A DNA stretch of 64,000 nucleotides from NCBI GenBank assembly GCA_963715865.1, contig OY970280.1:1216001-1280000 (forward strand), given 5' to 3'. The notes under the pieces are model-generated. The model saw nothing but the letters and a program-made list of their open reading frames with translations, made no database searches and was not told the DNA's origin. Made by a program: the position numbers and the translations under genes. This document shows, piece after piece, positions 50,491 to 59,529 of this stretch. Every line of letters starts with the position of its first letter. Positions within the stretch are counted from its first letter, which is position 1. Source of the DNA: Candidatus Bathyarchaeota archaeon. GTDB lineage: Archaea; Thermoproteota; Bathyarchaeia; Bathyarchaeales; Bathycorpusculaceae.

Positions 50491-51516
50491 ATGGCAGAAG
50501 AAATTTGGGTTCCGATGGATGGAGACACCTTTGTAACCAAAGATGGCTTCATACTCAACACTTTCGGATACGAACATCCAGACGACAGGGTTTTTGCATT
50601 TCTCAAGTACATCCCTGCCAAGTTCAAGGAGCTCTTTAACGTTGAAATGCTGGAGAGAACATGGAAGTTTGGTGAGAATCAGCTTTTTAGGGCAGAGAAG
50701 CTTTACACGGCGAAAAATTACCAGACTTTCATTGAAGCCTTCCGCAAGAACTTTCCAGATTACCTGTACTATTGCCCTTTTAGAAACAAGGAGTTAATCA
50801 CTGCTCCTTTCGATTTAATTGAGCGAGTTTTTGTTCCTAAAGACCGCTTGGTGTGGCTGGAAAACCTGCCAAAACATGACAAACTGCAAAAAATGGCTTT
50901 AGACCTCATCCATTTAGTATCCAAAGAATCAAATGTTAGCTTAAGCGATTTTGGAGTTCATGGCTCCATCGCTTTGAACATGCATGCGCCAGAATCAGAC
51001 ATAGACTTTGTTATTTACGGCACAGACAACTTCCGCCTAGTAGAAGAAGCCATAGCAAGACTTGTTAATACTGGAAAACTAAGCTACATTGTTGGCAACC
51101 GCTTGGAAGCAGCAAGAAAATTCCAAGGAAAATACCAAGGTAAAATTTTCATGTACAATGCAACACGTAAGCTGGAAGAAGTTAAAACAAAATATGGCGC
51201 TTATCGCTATATACCTCTTGACCCAGTGCGTTTCGAATGCACAGTCTGCGACGACACTGAAACCATGTATCGCCCAGCCACCTACAAAATCTCAGGCTAC
51301 AAACCGCAGGATCAGTTTTCTGAACTTAATTTAGACAAGATTCCTATTCAAGTCGTTTCTAACATAGGCTGCTACAGAAACATCGCCCGCGCAGGAAGCG
51401 AAATCAAAGTCGCGGGCAAACTGGAAAGGGTCGAATCAACAAATTCAAGCGAAGCTTATTACCAAGTGGTTGTTGGAACAGCAACTTCAGAGGAAGAATA
51501 CATTTGGCCAACTTAA
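50491..51516 (+). CDS. Pol-beta-superfamily nucleotidyltransferase, paralog 1 (COG1665-like)
   Basis: FGVHGSIAL...SDIDFVIYG; N-terminal GYEHP; C-terminal GKLERV. Confidence 0.85.
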   Translation: MAEEIWVPMDGDTFVTKDGFILNTFGYEHPDDRVFAFLKYIPAKFKELFNVEMLERTWKFGENQLFRAEKLYTAKNYQTFIEAFRKNFPDYLYYCPFRNKELITAPFDLIERVFVPKDRLVWLENLPKHDKLQKMALDLIHLVSKESNVSLSDFGVHGSIALNMHAPESDIDFVIYGTDNFRLVEEAIARLVNTGKLSYIVGNRLEAARKFQGKYQGKIFMYNATRKLEEVKTKYGAYRYIPLDPVRFECTVCDDTETMYRPATYKISGYKPQDQFSELNLDKIPIQVVSNIGCYRNIARAGSEIKVAGKLERVESTNSSEAYYQVVVGTATSEEEYIWPT

Positions 51517-52574
51517 AACTACGTGATCGAGACGCAATCCAGACGCATGAAGGCTTAATCTTCCGCGTCTTCGGCTACTCACATCCGCCCGGCGCTTACA
51601 TCTGCGACGCAGAATACGCGTCAGCAAACATTTTCAAATCAACAGACCCGCGAGCACCAAGAAACGGCAGAAACCAAATTTTCTACAAGTTCTATAATGA
51701 TGAAGGTTGGAAACTAGTTTCCAGTACATTCCAAAAATACACTATTTACCATGAAATGCTCCGCCGAAAAGTCATAGGCATAAACGAAGCCGACATAGCT
51801 GAAACAAGAAAGCCAGAAGAACGATTGCAAGCCTTAATCAAAACTGAACATAAAGATGAACTCATATCGGCAATGCAGCAAGTGCTTGATATTTCAACTA
51901 AAAAATCAGGGCTAAAAACATCCAATTTTGGCGTTTTCGGCTCAATGCTCCAAGATTTCCATCACCCGAAGCTTTCAGACATAGACCTTATAGTTTACGG
52001 CAAAAAAGAAAATGCCAAAATTCGAAAAGCTCTTGCAGCCTTATACAAGGATAATCGTTCAAGTTTGCATAACGAGTTTGAATCAGACCAAGCCATGAAG
52101 GGCAAGCAGTGGCGATTCAAAAATTTCAGCGTTGAAGATTTCGTTTGGCATCAGCGAAGAAAGCAAATCTACGGTTTATATGATGATAAAGCCAGCGGAA
52201 GAACCATAAAAGCTGAGTTTGAACCTGTGAAGGCTTGGAGCGAAATCAAATCAGAATATGACCCCAAGACAAGAATCAAGCAGAAAGGCTGGGTTAAACT
52301 TAAAGCTCGTGTTACTGCGGATGATGAAGCACCTTTCATTCCATCAATCTACAAAATTGAGCCCTTGGAAGTTTTAAGTGGCGAACGAGATGCACTTGAA
52401 GCAAAGAGGGTTCTGTCTTTCATGGAAGAGTTCCGCTTGCAAGCGCAAAAAGACGAAGTAGTAATTGTTGAAGGCAACTTGGAAGAAGTAGTGCCGCCAA
52501 AAGAGAGTTTCTACCAGGTCACATTGACTTATTGCCCACGCTACTATGAGCAAGTGTTGAAAGTGCTGCATTAA
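51504..52574 (+). CDS. Pol-beta-superfamily nucleotidyltransferase, paralog 2
   Basis: FGVFGSMLQ...SDIDLIVYG; GYSHP; GNLEEV. Confidence 0.85.
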   Translation: MANLKLRDRDAIQTHEGLIFRVFGYSHPPGAYICDAEYASANIFKSTDPRAPRNGRNQIFYKFYNDEGWKLVSSTFQKYTIYHEMLRRKVIGINEADIAETRKPEERLQALIKTEHKDELISAMQQVLDISTKKSGLKTSNFGVFGSMLQDFHHPKLSDIDLIVYGKKENAKIRKALAALYKDNRSSLHNEFESDQAMKGKQWRFKNFSVEDFVWHQRRKQIYGLYDDKASGRTIKAEFEPVKAWSEIKSEYDPKTRIKQKGWVKLKARVTADDEAPFIPSIYKIEPLEVLSGERDALEAKRVLSFMEEFRLQAQKDEVVIVEGNLEEVVPPKESFYQVTLTYCPRYYEQVLKVLH

Positions 52575-53590
52575 ACATGTGACAGAACCATGTAATCCGA
52601 CGGCTTATTGCCAAGTATCAAACGGTAATATTCGCCCAGGTTTTTCTTGTTGGTTACAAGCTCAACTTTTCCCTGAGCAGTCACCGCTTCAGCGTTTTTT
52701 GCTTGCAAACAGAACCTGCCGCGGAAAGAAACAATTTCCCGTATTGGCTGCAACTTGGGGCCTTCAACAACTTGGACATCTTCAACCTTGTAGGTGCAGG
52801 GCGTGAAAAGTGAATCTGAACTGTCAGCTATTTTGGCTGTTATTTTAGCGTAGCCACTGTTTTTGAAGCACACGTCACCGTACTGCTCGCTTATTTCGCT
52901 CCAATCCTTCACAAAACGGATAAAATAGTCGGTTCCCATGAACTTCCCCTGAAACGCCTTACGACTTTCGACTAAGATGAAGTCTTCGAAGCTCATCTGG
53001 GTGTCTTTCGAACGAAAATCGAATAAATCCTGCAACTCCGGTCGGCTGTAAGGCTTGAACTGAGAATCCTTATCTTTAAGCAATTTCTGCAAGGCTGTGT
53101 AGGCTTTTCGGCAGTTTTTTTCTCCGTAAACTATGGGGTCAATGTCTGATTTTTCAGTGGTTAATCCTGCCAATATCGAGCCGGAAATGCCTATAGCGCT
53201 CCAGGGAATATCCGCCTCTTTTTTCAGCGCTTCAGCCAGCCGCAACGCCTTATTCTCTAACGTGTCAAGATGCTTGGATGTACGTAGTAATGCAAGTTTT
53301 TCAGCAGGCTGATAATGCTCGGCTACTTCTTTGATTGGGACTTCACAGAGTGTTTCACCAAAGACCGAGTCAAAAACAATCAACTCAGGATGATTTTCCT
53401 GCAGATACTTGAACCTTTCATCGAGGCTGTACACTTTACCGTAAGTGCTGTCTTTGCCTTGCCGAGTACCCTGCGGCGTGGGAATAAAGCGGGGAAACGC
53501 AATAATTTTGCCGACGGGATGAACTAAGCCTTTAACATCAAAAACCACGTTGCTCTTTGTCTTAATTAAGTCACCTTCGCGTGCTCTCAT
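52571..53590 (-). CDS. Pol-beta-superfamily nucleotidyltransferase, paralog 3
   Basis: IGISGSILAG...SDIDPIVYG; GLVHP; GKVELV. Confidence 0.85.
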   Translation of the reverse strand: MRAREGDLIKTKSNVVFDVKGLVHPVGKIIAFPRFIPTPQGTRQGKDSTYGKVYSLDERFKYLQENHPELIVFDSVFGETLCEVPIKEVAEHYQPAEKLALLRTSKHLDTLENKALRLAEALKKEADIPWSAIGISGSILAGLTTEKSDIDPIVYGEKNCRKAYTALQKLLKDKDSQFKPYSRPELQDLFDFRSKDTQMSFEDFILVESRKAFQGKFMGTDYFIRFVKDWSEISEQYGDVCFKNSGYAKITAKIADSSDSLFTPCTYKVEDVQVVEGPKLQPIREIVSFRGRFCLQAKNAEAVTAQGKVELVTNKKNLGEYYRLILGNKPSDYMVLSHV

Positions 53591-53678
53591 GCAAATCCCT
53601 ATTATCTTGAGCGTAAGACCATTTAAATTGCTTGTAGCTTTTTACAAACTTAAATAAACGTTTTTCGAACCATTTTAA

Positions 53679-54638
53679 GTGGACGCAATAATGAGCAACG
53701 AAGAAAAATCACAGCACATTTCCAAATGTTTAGAGCTGGCGATACTGCTTGAAGTCAGCGCAGAAAAGCCAGGCAACGTCAACTTCACATCGGGCTTTGA
53801 AGGGACAAGACGCGAGCATTTCTTGGCTTCAGCCGTTGCTGCAGGACCATCCTTTCAGGAGGCTGCTTACCGCGGGATTTCGGTGGCAGAAAACAAACTT
53901 GGCATTAGCGAGGTTGGCTTGGGGCAACTCATAAAGACTTGCGCCATTGACGTTAATGCTTGGCAAAAAGGCGGAAATACCATTCTCGGCACCATAATGC
54001 TGTTTGTACCCATCGCTGTCGCTGCAGGCATGACACCAACCAAAAAAAATTACCAACTAGATTTCTCTTTTTTGCGCAAGAACATTGACTTAGCAGTTAA
54101 ATCAACCACTGCATTGGATTCAGTGCACCTCTACGAAGCAGTAGATATCGCTAATCCAAGCGGTCTCAATGATGCGCCAGACCTTGACGTTACCGACCCA
54201 CGTTCTAAAGAGCGTCTGATAAAAGAGAATGTTAGTTTGTATGAGGTTTTCAAAATTGCCTCAGGATACGATGACATTTGTTCTGAGTGGGTACATAATT
54301 ACCCAGTAACCTTCGATTTAGCTTATCCTTACTTGATGGAGCAACTTAAAAGTAAACCTTTGAGCACGGTTGTCGTTCACACTTTCCTTAAAATCCTCTC
54401 TGAACGTTCAGACACGTTTATTGCACGAAAAGTAGGCAAAGAAAAAGCACAGGAAGTATCGTTGGATGCTAAGGCTGTCTTGGAACTTGGCGGAATAGAA
54501 ACAGCCAAAGGCAAAAAAAGCCTCAGACAGTTTGACAGGAAACTGCGATTATCTGGAAACAAGTGCAATCCAGGAACGACCGCGGATTTAACAGCCGCTG
54601 CTTTGGCACTTTGCACCCTTAGCGGATACAGGCCTTAG
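53679..54638 (+). CDS. citG: CitG (triphosphoribosyl-dephospho-CoA synthase)-family protein
   Basis: EVSAEKPGNV, NTILG, DTFIARK, NPGTTADL. Confidence 0.9.
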   Translation: MDAIMSNEEKSQHISKCLELAILLEVSAEKPGNVNFTSGFEGTRREHFLASAVAAGPSFQEAAYRGISVAENKLGISEVGLGQLIKTCAIDVNAWQKGGNTILGTIMLFVPIAVAAGMTPTKKNYQLDFSFLRKNIDLAVKSTTALDSVHLYEAVDIANPSGLNDAPDLDVTDPRSKERLIKENVSLYEVFKIASGYDDICSEWVHNYPVTFDLAYPYLMEQLKSKPLSTVVVHTFLKILSERSDTFIARKVGKEKAQEVSLDAKAVLELGGIETAKGKKSLRQFDRKLRLSGNKCNPGTTADLTAAALALCTLSGYRP

Positions 54639-54714
54639 GCGGATTAGGGTTTTCTTTAACGTTAACTTAATCTATAATAGATTGGCATTTTTTTGGGAAA
54701 GGTTTAAGTGTTTT

Positions 54715-54732
54715 GTAAACAGTACTGTTTAC
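54715..54732. promoter_or_regulatory. Perfect 18-bp palindrome, putative toxin-antitoxin operator
   Basis: GTAAACAGTACTGTTTAC between the TTTAAG TATA and the antitoxin start; second palindrome AATCTAT-A-ATAGATT at 54669-54683. Confidence 0.7.
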
Positions 54733-54739
54733 GGTGACT

Positions 54740-54961
54740 ATGATGGCTCAGGTGCAACTTAGACTGCCAGAAAAAACGTTAGAAGAGATTGACCGTTGGG
54801 TAGCAGAGGGCAGGTTCAAAAGCCGAAGTGACGCTATTAAAAGCATCATTAGCCTCTATGAGGAACGGGAGAAAACACGCGAGTTCTACAAGATGCTGCT
54901 TAAGCGCAGCCAAGAAGCCAAAGAGCACCCTGAAACGCTTGTTTCCTTAGAGGAAGCGTAA
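54740..54961 (+). CDS. Ribbon-helix-helix antitoxin (CopG/ParD-like)
   Basis: VQLRLP...IDRWV..GRFKSRSDAI. Confidence 0.85.
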   Translation: MMAQVQLRLPEKTLEEIDRWVAEGRFKSRSDAIKSIISLYEEREKTREFYKMLLKRSQEAKEHPETLVSLEEA

Positions 54962-54962
54962 C

Positions 54963-55232
54963 TTGCTATTTAAAGTGCTTATGCATCCTAAAGCTGCTAA
55001 GGCACTGCAAAAATTGGATGCGCCGGACAAGGTGAGAATAAAGGAGGCGCTTAAGGAACTTGCTGGTGATCCATGGAAAGTGGGGAAACAATTGAAGCTT
55101 TCGGATTTTTGGAGTTTAAGGATAGGGGATTACCGTGCCATTTATGAGATTGATAGAGAGAAAAACCAAGTAGTGGTAATTTTCATTGGGCATCGAAAGA
55201 ACGTTTATGATGACTTCTCAAAAATGCTATAG
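54963..55232 (+). CDS. relE: RelE/ParE-family type II toxin
   Basis: KAAKALQKL, WSLRIGDYRAIY, IGHRKNVY. Confidence 0.88.
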   Translation: MLFKVLMHPKAAKALQKLDAPDKVRIKEALKELAGDPWKVGKQLKLSDFWSLRIGDYRAIYEIDREKNQVVVIFIGHRKNVYDDFSKML

Positions 55233-55258
55233 CAGAAAATGATAAAGGAAAGGTCGGC

Positions 55259-55474
55259 ATGCAGAAGGCCAGTCGAGATATTGATGTTCGAAAAGTGCTG
55301 ATGCAAATTGAAGCAAAGCAAGACTTGAAGCTTCCTTGGGCAGTGATAACCATAGACTATTATAAGGACATAGGCGACCTGAACATACTATTCAAAATGA
55401 CGCCTTTCACTGAAGGCGAACAAAGCGACGGAAAAGCAATAATCTACACGACAAAAAGGCAAAATATCAGTTAA
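55259..55474 (+). pseudogene. DUF2283-like small protein, probably C-terminally truncated
   Basis: IDYYKDIGDLNILF resembles the DUF2283 'xYDxExDxLYIxF' pattern; the final 'GIEI' strand is missing. Confidence 0.4.
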
Positions 55475-55520
55475 TAATATTAAAAAAACATCAAGAATAA
55501 TATAACTTGAAGGAAAACTC

Positions 55521-56483
55521 ATGGATAAAACTTTAAGCGTAAACCAGATGGCTTGGAAAATAGCTCAAAAATTGCTTGATAACCCCGAGTTTTATGGCGT
55601 AACCATTTCAAAATCAGCTGCAGGAGCCACAGTTGTTGATGCAGGCGTAAATGCTCCTGGCGGGTTTCAAGCAGGCAAAAAATTAATTGAGTTATGTATG
55701 GGTGGCGCTGGGAAAGCGCAGTTAGGCTTCAAAACCTACGGTGACTTAACCTTCCCATCGATAACTGTTAGTACTGATCACCCGGCGATTGCAACGTTGG
55801 GTTCGCAGTTTGCTGGCTGGCGCATTAAAGACGGCGACTCAATAGCAATCGGGTCTGGTCCGGTTCGCGCTCTGGCATTGAAGCCTAAGGATATTTACGA
55901 AGAAATAGGCTATAAAGACTCAAGCGACAAGGCAGTGCTCACGCTGGAAAGCAATAGCTTGCCTTCGGATGCACTTATTGAGAAAGTGACGACTGCCAGT
56001 AACATTTCAGCCGAAAACTTGATTGTTGTTGTTGCTCCAACCGCAAGCATCGCTGGTTTGACGCAGGTAACAGGCAGAATAGTTGAAGTTGGCATTCACA
56101 AGCTCAGAACTCTCGGTTTAAGTCCTAAGGTGATTCGTTACGCGATGGGTTATGCTCCGATTCCGCCGCTTGGCACTGACTTTGAAGTTGCAATGGCACG
56201 GACAAATGATGCTATTCTTTACGGTGGAACCGTCTACTGCACGGTTGACTTTGATGATGAGGCTGCCTTGCAGAAGATTATGGAGCAGGCTCCGTCTATG
56301 GCTTCGAAGGATTATGGAAAACCCTTCCTGCAGATTTTCCAAGAAGCAGACCGCGACTTCTACAAGATTGACCACGGCTTATTCGCGCCAGCAGTACTGA
56401 TCATAAACAACGCTAAAACAGGCAGAACCTTCAAAGCAGGACAAATCAACCCTAAGGTGTTAGCTCAATCCTTAGGATTCTAA
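55521..56483 (+). CDS. mch: Methenyltetrahydromethanopterin cyclohydrolase
   Basis: VDAGV..PGG, GSQFAGW, GSGPVRAL, LESN, ARTNDAILYGG, FYKID..LFAPA. Confidence 0.95.
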   Translation: MDKTLSVNQMAWKIAQKLLDNPEFYGVTISKSAAGATVVDAGVNAPGGFQAGKKLIELCMGGAGKAQLGFKTYGDLTFPSITVSTDHPAIATLGSQFAGWRIKDGDSIAIGSGPVRALALKPKDIYEEIGYKDSSDKAVLTLESNSLPSDALIEKVTTASNISAENLIVVVAPTASIAGLTQVTGRIVEVGIHKLRTLGLSPKVIRYAMGYAPIPPLGTDFEVAMARTNDAILYGGTVYCTVDFDDEAALQKIMEQAPSMASKDYGKPFLQIFQEADRDFYKIDHGLFAPAVLIINNAKTGRTFKAGQINPKVLAQSLGF

Positions 56484-56539
56484 TTTTTTTCTCTTTCTTT
56501 TCAATAGCTCAAAGCAAAAGGTTGCAATGCTTAATTCTT

Positions 56540-57136
56540 CTATTTAGGTAAATTTAGTTTAAGGATTTTCTGGATCCTGTTCGCAATCAAATAACCTATT
56601 GGAATAGTGTAAAGCGCTAGCGTGGCATTGAAGAAAGCTGCAAATGGAAGATATGCTATTGTTGCTGCTTGAGGGAAACTATAGCCGATTGGTGATGGTT
56701 GAGGAAGTGCAAAGTAAAGGACGACTGACATGAATGCTACTCTGGTCAAGATGCCAATCGTTGTTGACAAGGTAGCCCATTTTGGCCCAAGTTCTGAGCC
56801 GGCTTTTTCAAGTTTTCCCTTATAAACTCTTTTGGCAATGATGTGTGCTGAAAAGATTCCCACTTGCATCGATAATGTTGCGGTAAGGTTGTAGAGGGGT
56901 CCGGTCGGGAGCGCTCCTGGAAAGACTGCGAACAAGACTACTGTGTTTATTAGTGATATGGCTAGTCCTGCGATGGGGCTGATTATTAGGAATGCTACTA
57001 CGATGGGTATTTCCCATATTTGGTATACGAGTCCTTGTGCGAAGGGTGCGTAAAAGCCGATGTATGTGAAGGTTGGATTTAATGCTATTGTTAAGGCAGC
57101 GAAGACAATTGTTAGTGAGAGTGTTTTTGTATTCAA
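56540..57136 (-). CDS. ECF transporter S component-like membrane protein
   Basis: About six TM helices, N-terminal FAALTIAL, EIP..VAFL..P, FN near the C-terminus. Confidence 0.7.
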   Translation of the reverse strand: MNTKTLSLTIVFAALTIALNPTFTYIGFYAPFAQGLVYQIWEIPIVVAFLIISPIAGLAISLINTVVLFAVFPGALPTGPLYNLTATLSMQVGIFSAHIIAKRVYKGKLEKAGSELGPKWATLSTTIGILTRVAFMSVVLYFALPQPSPIGYSFPQAATIAYLPFAAFFNATLALYTIPIGYLIANRIQKILKLNLPK

Positions 57137-57257
57137 TTTTTATTTCTCCGTCTCGGTTGTTCAATGCCGCCGTTAGCTATTTAAGAGTAGTTACTCAAAA
57201 AATGGTAGGCTAAAATTGATAAATAAGCCAACATAACATATGATATAGGGAAGCGTA

Positions 57258-58508
57258 TTGACGGAAACAATTCAGTTCTCATCGTCTGGCGAAGTGAAAC
57301 GTTGGCTTGAAAACCAAACAAGCTCAATCCTCTCGCCTGTACATGCCCAAGCCAAAAAATTAAGGGATGATATGAACATGGCGTTGCAGGGCGTCGGGGA
57401 TGTAAGCAAGATGCTTTTGGACAATAGTACAAGAGAAATCGAAAGAAGAAACATGAGAATTTACAATCGAGCCAGAGCCCTAAACAAGCTCGCTCATTTA
57501 TTCCTTGACCGTCTCAAAAAACTAAATCTACCAGAAGAAATCTCCTATGATACCGTAAGTAGGTATGCTCAGGAAACCCAAAAGGTCTTAATGGTAACTG
57601 AGATAGATATCAAGAATTGGTTTCCAAGAATTTCCCCTTTCTTCATCATGGATAGAAGAAAATTTTTGACTGTATACGAAAGGGCTAAACAAGCGTATGC
57701 AATCCTCAACGATTTTGTTACAAAAGAGTACATTAAAACTAAAACTTTGGAAGAAGCTTTCCAGCTTCTAAATGAACTTCAAAATGTCCAAAAACAACTA
57801 GTCACCATCGGAGAAGAAAAAGAAAAAATAAAGAATGAGCGCATACCGATCGAAAAGGAAATCGCTGAACTGGAACAAAAAATTGGTGAGCTGAAAAATA
57901 GCGGACCGATTGATAAGCTAAACTTGGTGAACGCTGAGATAGACACGTTAAGCGGTGAATTGAAACATTCGCTGAGGCATCTTCAAAAACCTTTCATAAA
58001 AATGCAAGCATTAGCCACCTCGGGTGGTGGAGGGGGAATAACTCCAGATGAGCTAAACAAGGTGAATCAATATTTGGAGAAGCCTTTAGACGCGTTTACA
58101 ACTGAGGAAAACGGTTATCCGATGCTTAGGGAGATTTTGCAGAAACTTGAGAGTTTAATGACAGAAGACAAATTAAAATTAAAACAAGATAAAGCACGGA
58201 AAGCCGAGCAATCCCTAAATGAGATACTCAGGAAAGACTCATTGGCAAAGCTTCAAATCAGATGCGTGGAAATGGCAACCACAAAAGAGCAGCTGTTAGC
58301 TTCTTCAAAGATGGATGAGATAAAACGTAGCTTATCCGTGTTTCAGGAACAGGTTGACCAGCTTAAAGCCAGAAAAACAAGCATCGAAACACACGAAGCA
58401 GTCAAAGAGAACACCTACAACGAGTCATTGGAGAAAATCAGCAATCTTAAGCGGTCAATTGAAAGAAACATTTACAGCTCAATTGAAACAAAGGTTCAAA
58501 TTCCCTAG
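57258..58508 (+). CDS. Uncharacterised coiled-coil protein
   Basis: 416 aa, helical and E/K/Q-rich, SGGGGG hinge; no NTPase motif seen. Confidence 0.82.
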   Translation: MTETIQFSSSGEVKRWLENQTSSILSPVHAQAKKLRDDMNMALQGVGDVSKMLLDNSTREIERRNMRIYNRARALNKLAHLFLDRLKKLNLPEEISYDTVSRYAQETQKVLMVTEIDIKNWFPRISPFFIMDRRKFLTVYERAKQAYAILNDFVTKEYIKTKTLEEAFQLLNELQNVQKQLVTIGEEKEKIKNERIPIEKEIAELEQKIGELKNSGPIDKLNLVNAEIDTLSGELKHSLRHLQKPFIKMQALATSGGGGGITPDELNKVNQYLEKPLDAFTTEENGYPMLREILQKLESLMTEDKLKLKQDKARKAEQSLNEILRKDSLAKLQIRCVEMATTKEQLLASSKMDEIKRSLSVFQEQVDQLKARKTSIETHEAVKENTYNESLEKISNLKRSIERNIYSSIETKVQIP

Positions 58509-59444
58509 TTGCCGTGTTTTGTTTTGGATTTATCTTTACTTGTCGAAGAAGCCCTGCGCATTCAAAGCAGCGGCTTTATTGAGGCAGTGGATAGAGCCGC
58601 TTCCTTGCTACGCGGTGAAAGTGGGCGAGTCGGCAACTTAACAATAGTAAACCGTTTAGTTAAGCTTGAACCGTTAGGCGAAGCGCTAGTAATAGGCGAC
58701 TTGCATGGAGACCTTGAAAGCCTCGTAGTTATCTTGCAAACAAGCCGATTCCTCGAGAAAATGGAGAAAACGGAGGAGGCAACGTTAATTTTTTTGGGTG
58801 ATTATGGTGACAGGGGAGATAAATCAGCAGAAATCTACTATACAGTTCTGAAACTTAAGCTTGCTTTTCCCAGGCAAGTTGTTTTGTTGCGTGGAAATCA
58901 TGAAGCGCCAAAGGATTTGTTGGGTTATCCGCATGATTTGCCTGAACAATTCCAAAACAGGTTTGCGGAAGATTGGCAGGCGGCTTATGAGAAAACACGG
59001 GCTTTATGCGCTTATTTTTACAATGCGGTGTTTGTGGAGGACCGCTATTTGATGGTTCATGGCGGCGTGTCTCCGGAAATCAGCAGTCTCCAAGACATCG
59101 CTTTGGCTCAAGAAAACCGCAATTTGGCTTTGCTGGAAGATTTGCTTTGGAGCGACCCTGACGAAGGCATAGAGGGCGTTTCTTTTTCGCCGAGGGGGGC
59201 AGGGAAGCTCTTTGGAAAAAATGTAACGGAAGATGTTCTTGGAAAGTTGAACGCTAAAATTTTGATACGCGGCCACGAGTCAAGTGACGTGGGCTTCAAA
59301 ATTAACCATGATGGCAAAGTCTTAACTTTGTTTTCAAGAAAAGGCTCACCATACTATAACAGGTATGGCGCATATTTGCAGTTGCCACTTTCAGAAAAGT
59401 TCGAAAATGCCACTCAGCTTGTTCCGTGGATTCATAAATTTTAA
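58509..59444 (+). CDS. PPP-family Ser/Thr protein phosphatase (metallophosphoesterase)
   Basis: GDLHG, GDYGDRG, RGNHE, VHGG, LLWSDP, RGHE, TLFS. Confidence 0.9.
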   Translation: MPCFVLDLSLLVEEALRIQSSGFIEAVDRAASLLRGESGRVGNLTIVNRLVKLEPLGEALVIGDLHGDLESLVVILQTSRFLEKMEKTEEATLIFLGDYGDRGDKSAEIYYTVLKLKLAFPRQVVLLRGNHEAPKDLLGYPHDLPEQFQNRFAEDWQAAYEKTRALCAYFYNAVFVEDRYLMVHGGVSPEISSLQDIALAQENRNLALLEDLLWSDPDEGIEGVSFSPRGAGKLFGKNVTEDVLGKLNAKILIRGHESSDVGFKINHDGKVLTLFSRKGSPYYNRYGAYLQLPLSEKFENATQLVPWIHKF

Positions 59445-59529
59445 CTGTATTCTAATTGACTGCTTTTTGGTGCAACATTGATTAGGCTTGCAGAACATTA
59501 TAAATTAATCAAGGCAAGAGGTTTAACGG

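Noticed and set aside
50491-53590. CBASS/CD-NTase or MNT-HEPN defence system
   Set aside because: No Cap effector, E1/E2, HORMA or HEPN gene adjacent; the neighbours are housekeeping and cofactor genes.
57137-57185. Riboswitch in the leader of the ECF S-component
   Set aside because: The leader is only about 45 nt with weak pairing and matches no aptamer I know.
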